Source of the DNA: Vicugna vicugna
Lineage: Eukaryota
NCBI GenBank assembly: GCA_013265495.1
Contig: MU058584.1
Span: forward strand, 780,616-844,615
Reading direction: 5' to 3'
Length of the DNA: 64,000 bases
The notes beneath the pieces were generated by a model that was not told the origin of the DNA, ran no database searches, and was given only the letters and a program-made list of their open reading frames with translations. Positions 26,158 through 38,583 of the stretch are shown here, one piece after another. A program made the position numbers and the translations under genes. Positions within the stretch are counted from its first letter, which is position 1, and every line of letters begins with the position of its first letter.

Positions 26158-27177
26158 ATGTCCAAGCACCAGGTGGGAGTGTGAGCCCGAGGAGTCTCAG
26201 TGCTCCCCACTGTCCCCTAGCCTCTCTGTTCACACACTGTTTTCTTTCCCTTCCTATGTAGTCACTTCCAACACTTTAAGTTATATGAATTATCCATCAC
26301 ATGTCACAAATCTAGTTCAGACCTTTCCGTATGATTGCATTTTCAATAGACACACTATAAAAATTAGTGTGTACTGCCCCCCCACCCCCACCCCCATATA
26401 TTAACATCACACCGTTTTAAATTAGCATTACCTCTCATGTACTTCCTTCCAAGTTCCTTTATAAGATCGACTTTCAGACACTTGACATCACCCACACCTC
26501 AAATACACAATCCAAACATATTTTTCATGGGCATCCAGAAAGCTAACATCCCTCTAAAAATGGGCCTCCACAGACCTGCTGACGTTGTGTGCCAGCTGAC
26601 ATAAATGGTGGCCTGTCCACAACGCAGATTCTTCATACCCCTTGCGTTGTTTGAAGCCAAGCAACGAAAGAATCAACTCTCTCCCAACAGTGACTACTCA
26701 GTCCAGACACGTGTCCCACATCCCCAGGCTTCCCAGAGCCTCTCTGAATTAGCAACCATCCACAACAAGCGCTCTTGCCACTAAATTAGAAACCTTGGAT
26801 AGACCTTAAGGGTCTCCAGATCAATTAAATACGAGTATCTGAGTACTTTGAAGTGTTTCCCATGTGATTCTAACCTGAAACTTTGCTGATATGTCTCCAA
26901 GTTTGTTACCTCAGCCGTTTCTCAGCATGGAGTAAGTGAAGGCTTGGTAGAAAAACCATCCATGGTCTTATTCCACCCCCCACCCCACCTCTCCATTGTC
27001 CTGTAAGAGTTTACCTGTCAGTGCCTCCCTCCCCTGGTTGGCTTCTTTGAGTTTGGTCGAGACCTCCTCATAATGTCCACAACCTGCCTTTTCCTCTTAA
27101 GTGGAAGCTTGTCCAGGCTGCAGACTCTTTCCGATGTGAAGTCAGACAGACCTGATTTCCAGTCTACACTCACTGGC

Positions 27178-27556
27178 TGTGGGCAAAAGATCTGAATGAA
27201 CAGCTCACCAAAGAAGATATACAAATGGCAGGTAAACATATGACACAGTGTTCGACACTATATATCATTTGGGAATTGCAAATTAACAAAACAGTGAGTT
27301 ACCACCACACGTCTATTAGAGTGGTCAAAATCCAGAACACTGACAATACCAAATGCTGGTGCTGATACAGAGCAACATGAACTCTCATTCATTGCTGTTG
27401 GAAATGGGAGATAGTAGAGCCACTTTGTAAGATAGTTTGGCAGATTTTTACAGAACTCAACATATTCTTATATATGATCCAGAAATCATGCTTCTTGGTA
27501 TTTACCCAAACAGATCGACAACTTATGTTCACACAAAAAACCTTCATACATATATC
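27178..27556 (+). mobile_element. Old LINE-1 ORF2 C-terminal fragment (L1MC/MD-like)
   Basis: GGGCAAAAGATCTGAA...CACCAAAGAAGATATACAAATGGCA...CTCTCATTCATTGCTG...TTGGTATTTACCCAAA is typical of the L1 ORF2 3' region. Confidence 0.8.
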
Positions 27557-27559
27557 TAG

Positions 27560-28443
27560 GTATACCCTAAAATTAGGTTCCTGGACCCAATTTCCACATG
27601 TGTGTTGTATGCGGGGGGCTCTGCCCCCCCCCAAACAATTCTCTGGACAACAGCTGAGTGTCCTACAATTCAAATGGATTCTGACACTATCTACCCAGAG
27701 ATAGCATCAGATTCCACATTTTAAGGGTTCAGTCCCACAAGATTGCCCCCAGGGCCCCACTTCAGAGGCTAGTTGTAGGTCCAGGCTGTTACCTGTGCTT
27801 CTGACTATAAATTAGAGGCTTCTGTGCTATCAATGAGAGACTACGAAGACCCCTTCCTCGGCTTTGACTAATTTGCTAGAGTAGCTCATAGAACTCAGAG
27901 AAACATTTTATTTACTAGATGACTGATTTATCATCAAAGGATGTAACTCAGGGACAGCCAGATGGAGAGATGTGTAGGGTAAGGTACTGGGAAAGGGTGA
28001 GGGGCTGTTATGCCCTCTCTAGGTACCACTTGCCCCTAATCTCCATGTGCCCATCAACCTGAAAGTTCTCTGAACCCTCTCTTTCTCAGTTTTTATGGAG
28101 GCTTCATTACACAGGCATGATTGATCAAATCATTGGCAATTGGCGATTGATTCAACCTCCAGCCCCTCTTGTCCTGGGACGTCAGAAATGTGGTACTGAC
28201 AGTTACAATCCTATAATCACAAGATTGGTCTCCCTGGCAACCAACTCCCATCCTTAGGTGGGGTCCTAGGGTTACCTCAAACTAACAAAGGGCACCTTTA
28301 TGGCTCCCGTCTCTTAGGAAATTCCTAGGGTTTTGGGAGTTCTGTGAGCCTGCATCTGAGGATGAAGACCAAATCTATATAAGAAATATATTTTGGTCCT
28401 CTAAATGACCAGATATATATTTCTTATAAACTCCAGTATCACA
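27560..28443 (-). mobile_element. Solo LTR, MER77/MER21-family-like
   Basis: Reverse complement begins TGTGATAC...TTTATAAGAAATATAT. The segment at about 27670-27810 is homologous in reverse to about 25935-26075 of the neighbouring LTR. Confidence 0.75.
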
Positions 28444-30969
28444 ACACTTCTTATGCTTTAGTTCTTTTGCGACTATAAAGCCAAAGCAAATTGATAGATG
28501 AAATCAAACATAGCTATAAACTCAGTAAAATAATAAGCCATTATTTTAATGCGTGAGATGATGTGGTTTGTTAAAAAACTAACCACTTCCATAGGGGGAC
28601 ACATGTGGCGTTGAAGCCTGGTCTATGTTTAATTTGGGTCTGTTGTTTAAACAAAATTAATACTCATGCAGAAAATGCCTATTGGAGTTGTGTGTTAAAC
28701 AGATTGTTAGTAATAGCCTCAAGGGTTTATCTGTTTAGGAAGATCAGATCTCTTACTTAACCAAAGCTCTGCTAGTAGGCAATGGTCAAACGTTAGTTTT
28801 AATGAGGTACCATCTGATAGTCTGGTAAATTGTCTATTCACTCGAAGATAAGGTTAGCATCGGGTGACAATGAAACTGCTGCAAAATGGGTATCTAACCT
28901 GACTGCTGATAGAATTAGTGACAGAACTGCTGTGCTTGGGTTTATGCCTCAGGTTTCTGCTTTTAAGCCGGGAACTGTTGGTATGGAAAGAGTCAGAGTC
29001 CGCATCACACATCTGCTCCCCAGGGGATCACGGCACTGACCCCACTGGCTGAGTAGATTAAACTGCCCCACGCCACCTGGTGACTCAGCCCTCCCACTGC
29101 TTCCTCTGTCTCTAGATCACTTCTTGACTTGATCCGGCTTTCCTTTGGCATTTGGACAATCGTAAACACAAGTGAAAGGGCAGGCAGTGGAATTGCATGA
29201 CAGTGCTTGGTCACCACTAGTATCAAAAATTCCAAATTACAGAGTCGAAGATTTAAAATTTTAAAAATTCTAGAACTGTCGTGGACCTAAAGAATACATT
29301 TACACTTAGAGGCACTCTGCTTTGAAGCTACATTCAAGCTACATTTTTCCCCCCTCAGGAAAACCTTTGTGATCTGCCCTCTTTCTTTTAAATTTCATTA
29401 ATAATGAAAAGTAACTATCCTGGTGACTTAGTGATGAGGGCCTATTGTGTACCAAGATTTATGTTAAGCACTGTATGTACATAATCTCATTGAAGCTTTC
29501 TAAGAATTGTGTGAAGTGGGTAGAGTTAAACTGCATTCAGTGGTGCCTCTAGGACCTGGATGGTTTTTTCTCCACCCTTGTATCTGGAGGGCTCGCTCCA
29601 GGGCTAAATTGTTGTTGAATAATTCAAAGAATGAATGAAGGAAAGAACAATTGTCAATAGAGAATACGTTCTTGGAAAGAATATTCTTTTGGCCAGACCT
29701 TTGGAAAATTTGGAGATACATGTTTAAATATCACTTAATATACTCGGTCTAGACTCTCCTGGAGGCCAAGCACGGCAAGTGGAGCCCGTGAGAAGGTGGC
29801 AGAAAGCACAGCTCTGTCAATGAAAAAAAGAACGCAGACCTGCCAGGTGCCCCAGGATGGGATAGAATCAATCTTCTCCTTTCCTAAAACTAAGATCAAC
29901 TGGATTAGGAAGGCTTAAGAAGCCTTTGAGGCCCAGAAAGGGGTTAGTTTTCCTAGTGTTTTGTAGGCATGAAATTTTCTGCTTAACTCATGATTCTGAG
30001 GTCAATATAGATTTATTCCTTTATTCAGCAAAAGTTTTTTTTTTTTGAGTGATTACTAAGCGCCTTGAATGTCATCAGGCACAGTCTTTTCTTGTGTTTA
30101 TTATCGGTTAGAAAATTCAGGAAACGGCAAAGGAAATGGGGGGCTAGTTGCTCAGTGCCTGCAAGCACCAGAGTGTGGGGACGGGGCTGGATTGTCAGGG
30201 GACTGGAGCTGGATCCTGGAGGTGGAGTAAGACTTGGATAGAATCAGAAAGGCAGGAAGCAAAGAGCAGGAAGCCCAGAGGCTTGGCAGTCAGTCAGACT
30301 GCTTATGACCAGCCAGCTCTGGACAGTGAGGTGGTGGGAAATTTGTGCTGGGGAACCCAGAGAAATAGCCTTGCATAGCTGTGTTTTACTACGTTAAGGA
30401 GGGCTTCAGATTGTGGAGTTTTGAACATTTGCTTTTATCTTAAGGCAGGTGAAGTGTTTTAAGATTTGACTGCAGCATGTAAGGGACATTGCAGGGAGAA
30501 GGAGTTAAGTCAGGGAGACCTGTTAGAAGGCTGCTCTCAGTCCTCCAGATGTGAAGTGACTGGGTTTGGACCACGGTGGTGGAAGGAATGAGCAAGGACC
30601 AGCTAGAGCCGCTGCGTATGTAACCTGAAGGACCCTGGTGAGATAGCATTTCTACTCACCATGCGGCAGAAGCAGAGTGAAGCTCACACGTCTGCTGTGG
30701 ACTATGTGAGGACCTGGAAACCCGTTTTCCCACAAGAACTCTAGGCTGGAGACGAGTCCTTTAAGCTTATAACCAGGATCCCAAGTCAAAATTTCTCAAA
30801 TGGCTGTTTCCCCCTTTGATGGGTCTGGATGAGACTGGGGCTCTTGGTTATTTCTCTTTCCTTCTCTGTCTCTCATCGCTCCCCCCAACCCTGTTCCCAC
30901 AGCGAGGACCCCTCCGTATTTGACACTTCTGCTTGGAAACTACTAAGGAAATCTTGCTAATTGGACAAA

Positions 30970-31270
30970 GCTGGTGCTTCCCAAAGTACAATCCTTGGAA
31001 ACCTGTGGATTTTTAAATAGAGAACAACAGGGGCGGGGCAGGGACTGGAGTCCTGTGGCCAAATAAGTCTGGGAAATGCTCTTACAGAATTAAACAGGTT
31101 TCCTTCCTGCAGGACTTCCCAAGGTCTTCAGTGTGGCAGTAAGCATCCTGACCATCCAAGAGTGGTGGAGCTTCTAGTTCTCTGCAGGCTTTTTGGACCA
31201 TGGAACTCTCTTTTTAAAGAAGCATCTTGAGGGGAGAGGGCTCTAGAGCATATATTTTAAGAAATGAGAG
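30970..31270. mobile_element. hAT-Charlie-type DNA transposon remnant (MER112-like)
   Basis: GTGCTTCCCAAAGT...CCTGTGGCCAAATAAGTCTGGGAAATGCT...TTGGACCATGGAAC, with inverted internal similarity. Family name from memory. Confidence 0.45.
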
Positions 31271-32103
31271 ACGAGAGAGTTTGTCTTAAAAATAAGTCTC
31301 TTGCACTAAAGGCTGGTAATTTAACGGAAAGAAACAAGAGGCTGGAATTTTGGTCTGGGGTCTACTTCTCACTGGTCACCTCGTCATTGAACTTCTCTGA
31401 GTCTGTTTGCACAGAGGTTTTACTAATGCTGGATGAATTCTTAAATTCTTTTAGCTCCAAGAGTCTGTGATCACATGCATGTTTGGGATAGGAAAATAAT
31501 CTCATTTTCCTACTCTGTAATGACACTGGTGGTGGAGAAAGTGGTGGGAAAAGTGAGGGCAGAAGGATGGTGACAACAAGGTGAATAAGATGTGGTTTGA
31601 ACCCCTCAGCTGATTGTCTGGCGGGACTGATGCAGCAGAGAGCCGTGACATTTCTTGTTTGCCCTCAGGCTTCTCTGAATCCAACCATGTCCTATGGTGC
31701 ACGTGCAGATATCTCAGTTACTAAGGCAACGCTCATCCCCAGAAGTCGCTTAATCCATCTAGTCTCAGTTTTGCTGATGAGCAGCTCTGAGGCCTTGGAT
31801 AAGTCAGTTAGCCCTCTGGGCCTGAGTTTCCTTCATCCGTGGACTAAGGGAGCTGGGTTAGATCAGGGAGTCCTGATGCTTTGTGAGGAGGAACTGTTTT
31901 TCAGTTGTCCTGAGTCGTGCCCAGAGAGTGGTAGGGGAAGCAGAGACATCCTCCCCTCATTCAGGGCAGGAGAGCCTCAGAGTCCAGTCTGCAGTTTTCT
32001 TCTCTTCCTTCTTCCCAGATCATCTCATCTGCCTCAGACCTCAATTGTTTGCCTTTATGTGCTTGACGTTCAAATGTGTATCTCTAACACCAAACTCTCT
32101 CTT

Positions 32104-32562
32104 TATGTATTTATTTATTTAAATTGAAGTTATAATTGATAAGCAATATTATATAAGTTACAGGTATATAATATAGTGATTCACAATGTTTAAAGGTTAT
32201 ATTCCATTTGTATTTATTATAAAATATTGGCTATATTCCCCATGTTATACAATATATCCTTGTAGCTTATTTTATACCTAATCATCTGTCCCTCTTAATC
32301 CCCTACCTCTGTGTTTCCCCTCCCCTGCTCCTCACTGGTAACCACAGGTTTGTTCTCTGTATCTGTGAGTCTGCTTCTTTTCTGTTATGTTCACTAGTTT
32401 GGTGTATTTTTTAGATTCCACATATAAGTATCATACAGTAGTTATCTTTCTGTCGGACTTATTTCACTTAGCATAATGCCCTCCAAGTCCATCCGTGATG
32501 CTGCAAATGGCAAAATTCTGTTCTTTTTTATGGCTGAGTAATATCCCATAGTATGTACGTGT

Positions 32563-32594
<32 letters not shown>

Positions 32595-32637
32595 CTGTTT
32601 CTATCACATCTTCTTTATCTGTTCATCTGTTGATGGA
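32104..32637 (-). mobile_element. 5'-truncated LINE-1 3' end inserted into an L2, containing (TG)n
   Basis: Antisense L1 3' UTR (TTTTTAGATTCCACATATAAG, TTATTTCACTTAGCATAATG). TSD ACCAAACTCTCTCTT (32089-32103) / ACCAAACTATCTCTT (32638-32652). Confidence 0.88.
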
Positions 32638-33740
32638 ACCAAACTATCTCTTGAATGGCAGACTCAGATTTCTACCCCTCTGCTTGGTGTATTTACCTGT
32701 TTCCATTGAAAGGAAACCAAATTCGTCATGTTCAACACCAAACGCGTCATCTTCGCTTATGAACCGATTTCTCTTCCAGTTTTCCCAGATTTCATCAATA
32801 CATGAGGATGAGCTCCTGGTCTCCTGCAGCCAGGGAACATGCGCTTCCGTGACTCCTTCCTTCTCCTCTGCGACAGCCAGTTGCTGGCTGATCCTCTCTC
32901 CTCTCCACATGATTATTATCACACCTCCATATTCTTTCTTTTCCCTTCCCGATGTCACTGTTCTAGATCAGGCTCCCTTTGGCCACTCTGCCCCTCTCTC
33001 CTTCAGAGCCTCCCTCATGCCAGCTTAAGTCTTGTAGAGCCTCCCTCCACCTCCCATCCCTCTCTTCCAAAGCTCTACCTGGGTCACCCATGCTCACCTC
33101 CTGCCAGCGCCCACAGCCTCAACCACCTTCCAGCTCTCGCATCAGTTTCTGAGGTGTTCCTGTCCTCCAGCCCCTGTTTGTTGATTGTCTTATTCCATAA
33201 CTTGTCTATTTAAATTGTTCCCTTTTCTTAGACTTTTATTTATTTTTTTCTAATCAACAACAGTTTTTTAAAATTAATTTTTCAGATTCTGTCACATTAT
33301 TGAAAAAGTTCACTGGAATCTAAGTGTTTAATGGACATCATGTGTCTTAATGCATCTTTCTTTTCTTCAGTACAGTTTTACTATCTGCCGACATTATATT
33401 TTTCCAATAGATGTAAAATCTTTCGGACAGTTTCCCATTTCTCACTATTACGACTTAAATGTCAATGAATGTCCTTACGCATACAGCTAGCTTCTTTGAT
33501 TGATTGATTTATTTTCTTATGATAACTTCTCATACATAGAATAACTGGGCCAAAGGGGACGAGCTTTTATAGGCTTTAACAAGTATTGACAGACAGAGTT
33601 CCCATTTATGTAACTGTTAGCAATGTGACTGAATTCCACTTTGACCACTACTTAACATCATTGAATTGGGTTATATCATTTGTTAATTAATGTATACAGT
33701 GATAACATTATTTTAGACATATCTGATATTTCAACTATTC

Positions 33741-33812
33741 CTTTTTTTTTAAATGAAGTATAGTTGATTTACAATGTTGTGTTAGTTTCAGGTGTACAAC
33801 AAAGTGATTCAG

Positions 33813-33845
<33 letters not shown>

Positions 33846-34291
33846 GCTTTTCCATTATAGGTGTATTCGTATATTCATATACAAGGCCTTGAATATAGTT
33901 CCCTGTGCTATATAGTAGGTTCTTGTTGTTAATCTATTTTATATATAGTGGTATGTATCTATTGATCCCAAACTCCTAATTTATCCCACCCAACTTCCTT
34001 TCCCCTGAGTTTGTTTTCTATGTGTGTAAGTCTGTTTCTGTTTTGTAAATAAATCTATTTGTACCATTTTTTTTTTTTAGACTTCACATGTAAGTGATTA
34101 TCATATGACATTTATCTCTCTCCATCTGACATACTTCACTTAGTATGAGAATCTCTAGGTCCATCCATGTTGCTGCAAATGGCATGATTTCATTCCATTC
34201 TATGGCTGAGCAGTGTTCTGTGGTATAAATATTACACATCTTCACTATCCAGTCATCTGTCGACAGGCATTTTGATTGCTTCCATGTCTTA
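33741..34291 (-). mobile_element. 5'-truncated LINE-1 3' end, containing (TA)n
   Basis: Poly(T), then GAAGTATAGTTGATTTACAATGTTGTGTTAGTTTCAGGTGTACA...CCATCCATGTTGCTGCAAATGGC. Confidence 0.88.
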
Positions 34292-34934
34292 GAATTTTAT
34301 ATTTACTTTCCTAGTTATATTTCAAGAGTCAGCTCAGATGATGCCTGCTCCCTCCTTCAAGTCTTCCCTGAACACTCTACTGGCTTGATTTTTCTTCTTT
34401 TAGCATCTTATTCTTTCTATTTCATTATCCTACCAACTCAAATACATATATATATTATAGTTATATATATAGTTATATATATAAGTGAATATAAGATATA
34501 ATATTCACTTCATCTTCTTCGAGGCCAGGGAACATCTTTTCTTTGTCTTTAGCATTTATAGTATCTGATACATACTAGGGGCTAGAAGTGTTATTGGCTA
34601 AATCAATATTAAATTATTAGTCTATTTTGAAAATAATAATGATAAATTAAAATAATCTATTAATCTTAATGATTGGTCTAGTCAAATACAAATAAAATAA
34701 ATAATCTACAAATCCAAAACTAATAAAATATTGGTTCTGGTGTCCTGCCATTCTGCTTTTGTGTCTAGTCTAGATTTGGTTCTTTGAAGAATTTTAGTTT
34801 TAATTTTTTACAATATTAGGTTAGTAAAATCACTAACTTACAGTTAAGGATAATTTATCTCTCTTGTGAGGCCATCATTATGAAGCCTTGCTGTGTCATG
34901 GCAGAGCTGGTTTCCTTTCTAGTTGGAGCATCAT

Positions 34935-35290
34935 CATGTAATGACGTGGTTAAAAACTTGAGCTTTGGCGGGGAGGGTATAGCTCAGTGGTAGAGTGTGT
35001 GCTTAGCATGCTCGAGGTCCTGGGTTCAATCCCCAGAACTTCCATTAAAAAATTTTTTTTAAATAAATAAATAAACAAACAAACAAACCTAATTGCCCCA
35101 TCCATAAATAAATTAATAAAAGGAAAAAATGGCGATGGTTAATTTAAAAAACAAACAAACTTAAGCTTTGGAGTAGGACAGACCTGCTTTTGAATTCTGA
35201 CTCTGCCTTTGTTAGCTGTGTTACCTTGGGGAATTAACCTAGTGTCTCCAAACCTTAGTTTCCTCGTCTGTGGATGGAGGTTACAATGCA
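34935..35290 (+). mobile_element. MIR SINE split by the younger SINE
   Basis: GTGGTTAAAAACTTGAGCTTTGG[SINE]AGTAGGACAGACCTG...TAGCTGTGTTACCTTGGG...AGTTTCCTCGTCTGT reconstitutes a MIR. Confidence 0.8.
34969..35156 (+). mobile_element. tRNA-derived SINE (Vic-1-like) nested in a MIR
   Basis: GGGGAGGGTATAGCTCAGTGGTAGAG (A box)...GGTTCAATCCCCAG (B box), A-rich tail. TSD AAACTTGAGCTTTGG (34954-34968) / AAACTTAAGCTTTGG (35157-35171). Confidence 0.93.
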
Positions 35291-35554
35291 TCTGTAATAC
35301 GTGAGGTCCTGTAATTCTTGGAAGTGCTGGTTCTACTCCTGGGAATTGTTCACAAGTAAATCTCTCCTCATCCTCACCTTAGCGGTTCTCCCAAACCTGG
35401 TGGATTTTCACTAGGTTTATGTGCCTGAAAATGCAAACACACCAGCCTAGAGCATTTCAGAGGCAGACTGGAAAGTTGAAGCAGAACTGCCAGGAACATT
35501 GATGCCTGTTTCCCTGGCCTGGTGAGGAGGAAAGCAGGCTGTGTCTCTCATTTT

Positions 35555-36032
35555 TTTTTTTACATTTTTTGTTGATTTATAATCATTTTACAGTGTTGTG
35601 TCAAATTTCAGTGTAGAGCACAATTTTTTCAGTTATAATTCATTGTCACATTTTTTCTCTGTGAGCTATCATAAGATCCTGTATATATTTCCCTGTGCTA
35701 TACAGTATAATCTTGTTTATCTTTTCTACATTTTGAAATCCCAGTCTGTCCCTTCCCACACCCCGCCCCCTTGGCAACCACAAGTTTGTATTCTATGTCT
35801 ATGAGTCTGTTTCTGTTTTGTATTTATGTTTTGTTTGTATTTTTTTTTTTAGATTCCACATATGAGCGATCTCATATGGTATTTTTCTTTCTCTTTCTGG
35901 CTTACTTCACTTAGAATGACGTTCTCCAAGAACATCCATATGTTGCTGCATGTTATGTTGTTTTTTATGGCTGAATAGTATTCCATTGTATAAATAAACC
36001 ACATCTTCTTTATCCAGTCATCTGTCGATGGA
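35555..36032 (-). mobile_element. Young 5'-truncated LINE-1 3' end with perfect TSD
   Basis: Poly(T) plus antisense L1 3' UTR. Perfect 16-bp TSD CTGTGTCTCTCATTTT (35539-35554 / 36033-36048) ending at TTTT/GA, an endonuclease-type site. Confidence 0.95.
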
Positions 36033-37129
36033 CTGTGTCTCTCATTTTGAATCAGACAGCTGACCAACATCTCATGGGAAAAAGAAAAATTATCTGTTAT
36101 CTTATATTGTCCCAGTCTCTGCTAACTCCATACTTACTTAAACACTAGACTCCGGGGTTCCCTGAAAAGCCAGTTCAGTCCAGGACATAAGATCAGTCTC
36201 ATATATTATTTCTGTTCACAGAACAATAAAGGGGGGAGGCTAGCAATTACTGCACATCAAGCACCTACCATGTGGAAGGCACATTTAATAGAGAATTGCA
36301 ATGATTCTTCTTAATAACTTTGCAAGATAGGTATCATTATCTCCATTTTATAAGTTAGTAGAAGCTGAGCAACAACCAGGATTATACAGCTGGTGAATCT
36401 CAGAGTGAGGAAATGAACTCAGATGGTCTGCATACATTTTAGCATTTGAAGCCTGCAATGTAATTGGACTGAATTAGCCATACGAGGTGAGAGTTTCCTC
36501 TTCTATGTCAGGGAAATTGTGATCTAACAGGGTTAACCTTTGGCACCTTAGTACCACAGGGAAGCAGGTTTCAGAAATCCCATTTGGGGAACACCTGGAC
36601 CCTGGTCCTGCTTTCTGCGCCCATGATGAGGTGACACTGTTGGTAGTATGTTTCAAGAGAGGTTGATGTTTGTAAACATTCCTGCACAAACAGGCACAGA
36701 TTATTAGTACAAGTTTTTCTACAACAGTGAGATAAGCCCCAGATATTAAAAGACTGTACCATAGCACAAGTTTCGGTATTTTCTCAAATTTTGAAGGCTT
36801 CAGCTGCCTACCTTGTCAGAGAACTAGAAACCAGAGGGAAGCTGTACTAAAATATATGTGACATATGTTCTTGCTCTCTGTGGCCACTTTATTCCCGTGA
36901 AGTTCTAGATCTTTCACTGAAGAAACTGGCAACTTACAGTAGCCATTCAGCAACCTACATGGATGCTCTGGCACTATGCAGTTATGTATCATTGTATCCA
37001 TTTGGCGGAATAAGATAAACCTGTGGAAAGGAATGATATAACTACGTATGGCAACTCCCCCCAACGTGTATAACAGAAAACCCAAGGTGAATAGGATGCT
37101 AATACTTTTTTTTTTAATTAAAAAAACCC

Positions 37130-37839
37130 ACTGTGGATGGGAATGTAATTTGGTGCAGCCATTACGGAAAATAGTATGGAGAGTCCTCAAAAAACTAAAA
37201 ATAGACTTACCATGTGATCCAGCAATCCCACTCCTGGGTGTATATCCAGAGGGGACTCTAATTTGAAAAGAAACATGCACCCCAGTGTTCATAGCAGCAT
37301 TATTTACAGTAGCCAAGACATGGAAAGAACCTAAATGTCCACTGACAGGTAACTGGATAAAGAATTTGTGGTATATTTATACAATGGAATACTACAGTAA
37401 TTAAAAAAAGAATAAAATAATGCCATTTGCAGCAACATGGATGGACCTGGAGATCATCACTGTAAGTGAAGTAAGCCAGAAGGAGAAAGAAAAATGCCAT
37501 ATGATATCACTTGTATATGGAATCTAAAAAAAAAAGACACAATGAACTTATTTATAAAACAGAAACAGACTCACAGACACAGAAAGTAAACTTATGGTTA
37601 CTAAGGGGGAAAGAGGGTGGGAAGGGATAAATTGGGAGTCTGAGATTTGCAAATACTAACTACTACATATCAAATAGATAAACAAGTTTCTACTGTATAG
37701 CACAGGGAAGTATATTTAATATCTCATAGTAACCTATAATGAAAAAGAATATGAAAAGGAATATGTGATATATGTATGACTAAAACATTATGCTATACAC
37801 CAGAAATTGTAAAGTAATTATACTTCAATAAGAAAATGG
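37130..37839 (+). mobile_element. 5'-truncated LINE-1 3' end, sense to DDR2
   Basis: ORF 37048-37266 includes [40 protein letters not shown] (L1 ORF2 C-terminus). Probable TSD AAAAAACCC (37121-37129 / 37840-37848). Confidence 0.92.
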
Positions 37840-37973
37840 AAAAAACCCCTGCACATCCATATCTTTTTATATATGTGTAGGATGCTTCTAGGAGACTACT
37901 CTGTTGGTAACTGATAACCAATCGCATCTAAAGAAGGAGAATGACAGTCTGAGGTAGAAGTGAGACCGCATGG

Positions 37974-38440
37974 AGTAGTGGGCCCAGTCTGGTCTGGGGA
38001 GCCCTGGGATGAAGTGAGACCCTTTCAGGGGATCCCCCAGATCAAAACTATTTTCATAAGTAACACTAAGATGTTTTTGCTCTTTTCACTCATTCTCCCG
38101 TGAGTGTATGGCAGAATTTTACAGATACTAAATGACATATGCTCGTGCAACACGCTGAATCCAGAAGCAGATAAGAGAATCTGTTCGATTGAGCCAGATA
38201 TCAAAGAGATTTTAGAAAATATAAAACAATGTCACTTTTCTCCCTGAAGTTTTTTGAAAATAGCTGTTTTTACAAAAAAAAAATTCTTTATGTTAACATG
38301 TACTTACTGTTTTAATGAGTTAATAAATAATAAATGAAAAAGTCTCTGTTTTAAATTTCTAAACTGACAAATAGCAATTGACAAGTAGCAAATAGCAATT
38401 GACAAATATCCCGTAAACAAAATCTCTTTGAGGATTTGTC
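37974..38440. mobile_element. hAT-Charlie DNA transposon remnant (MER119/Charlie7-like)
   Basis: GAGACCCTTTCAGGGGATCC...TCAAAACTATTTTCATAA...GAATCCAGAAGCAGATAAGAGAATC...GCCAGATATCAAAGAGATTT resembles this family as I recall it. Confidence 0.65.
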
Positions 38441-38583
38441 AGATTCCTTCAGGGCCCGGGGTACTTGGGAGGTTTCTGTTTGATAGTGGTGGGCAGAAAT
38501 GTCAAGTAGAAAAGAAAATGTGAGTGAAGAAAAAGCTTGTGATAAAATACTGCTTTCCCTTTTCTCCCCCTCCCTAAAGGCAG

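Noticed and set aside
28366..28428. AT-rich hairpin (about 21-bp arms) as a possible miRNA precursor
   Set aside because: It lies at the end of a MER77/MER21-like LTR, where I recall this fold-back being part of the element. There is no independent evidence.
31597..33213. Several 100-176 aa ORFs
   Set aside because: They overlap MIR, L2, L1 and microsatellite sequence, mostly have non-ATG starts, and show no protein-family resemblance or exon structure.
34970..35040. tRNA gene (A and B boxes), and likewise 21205-21276
   Set aside because: A-rich tail, TSDs and a second diverged copy show these are SINE heads.
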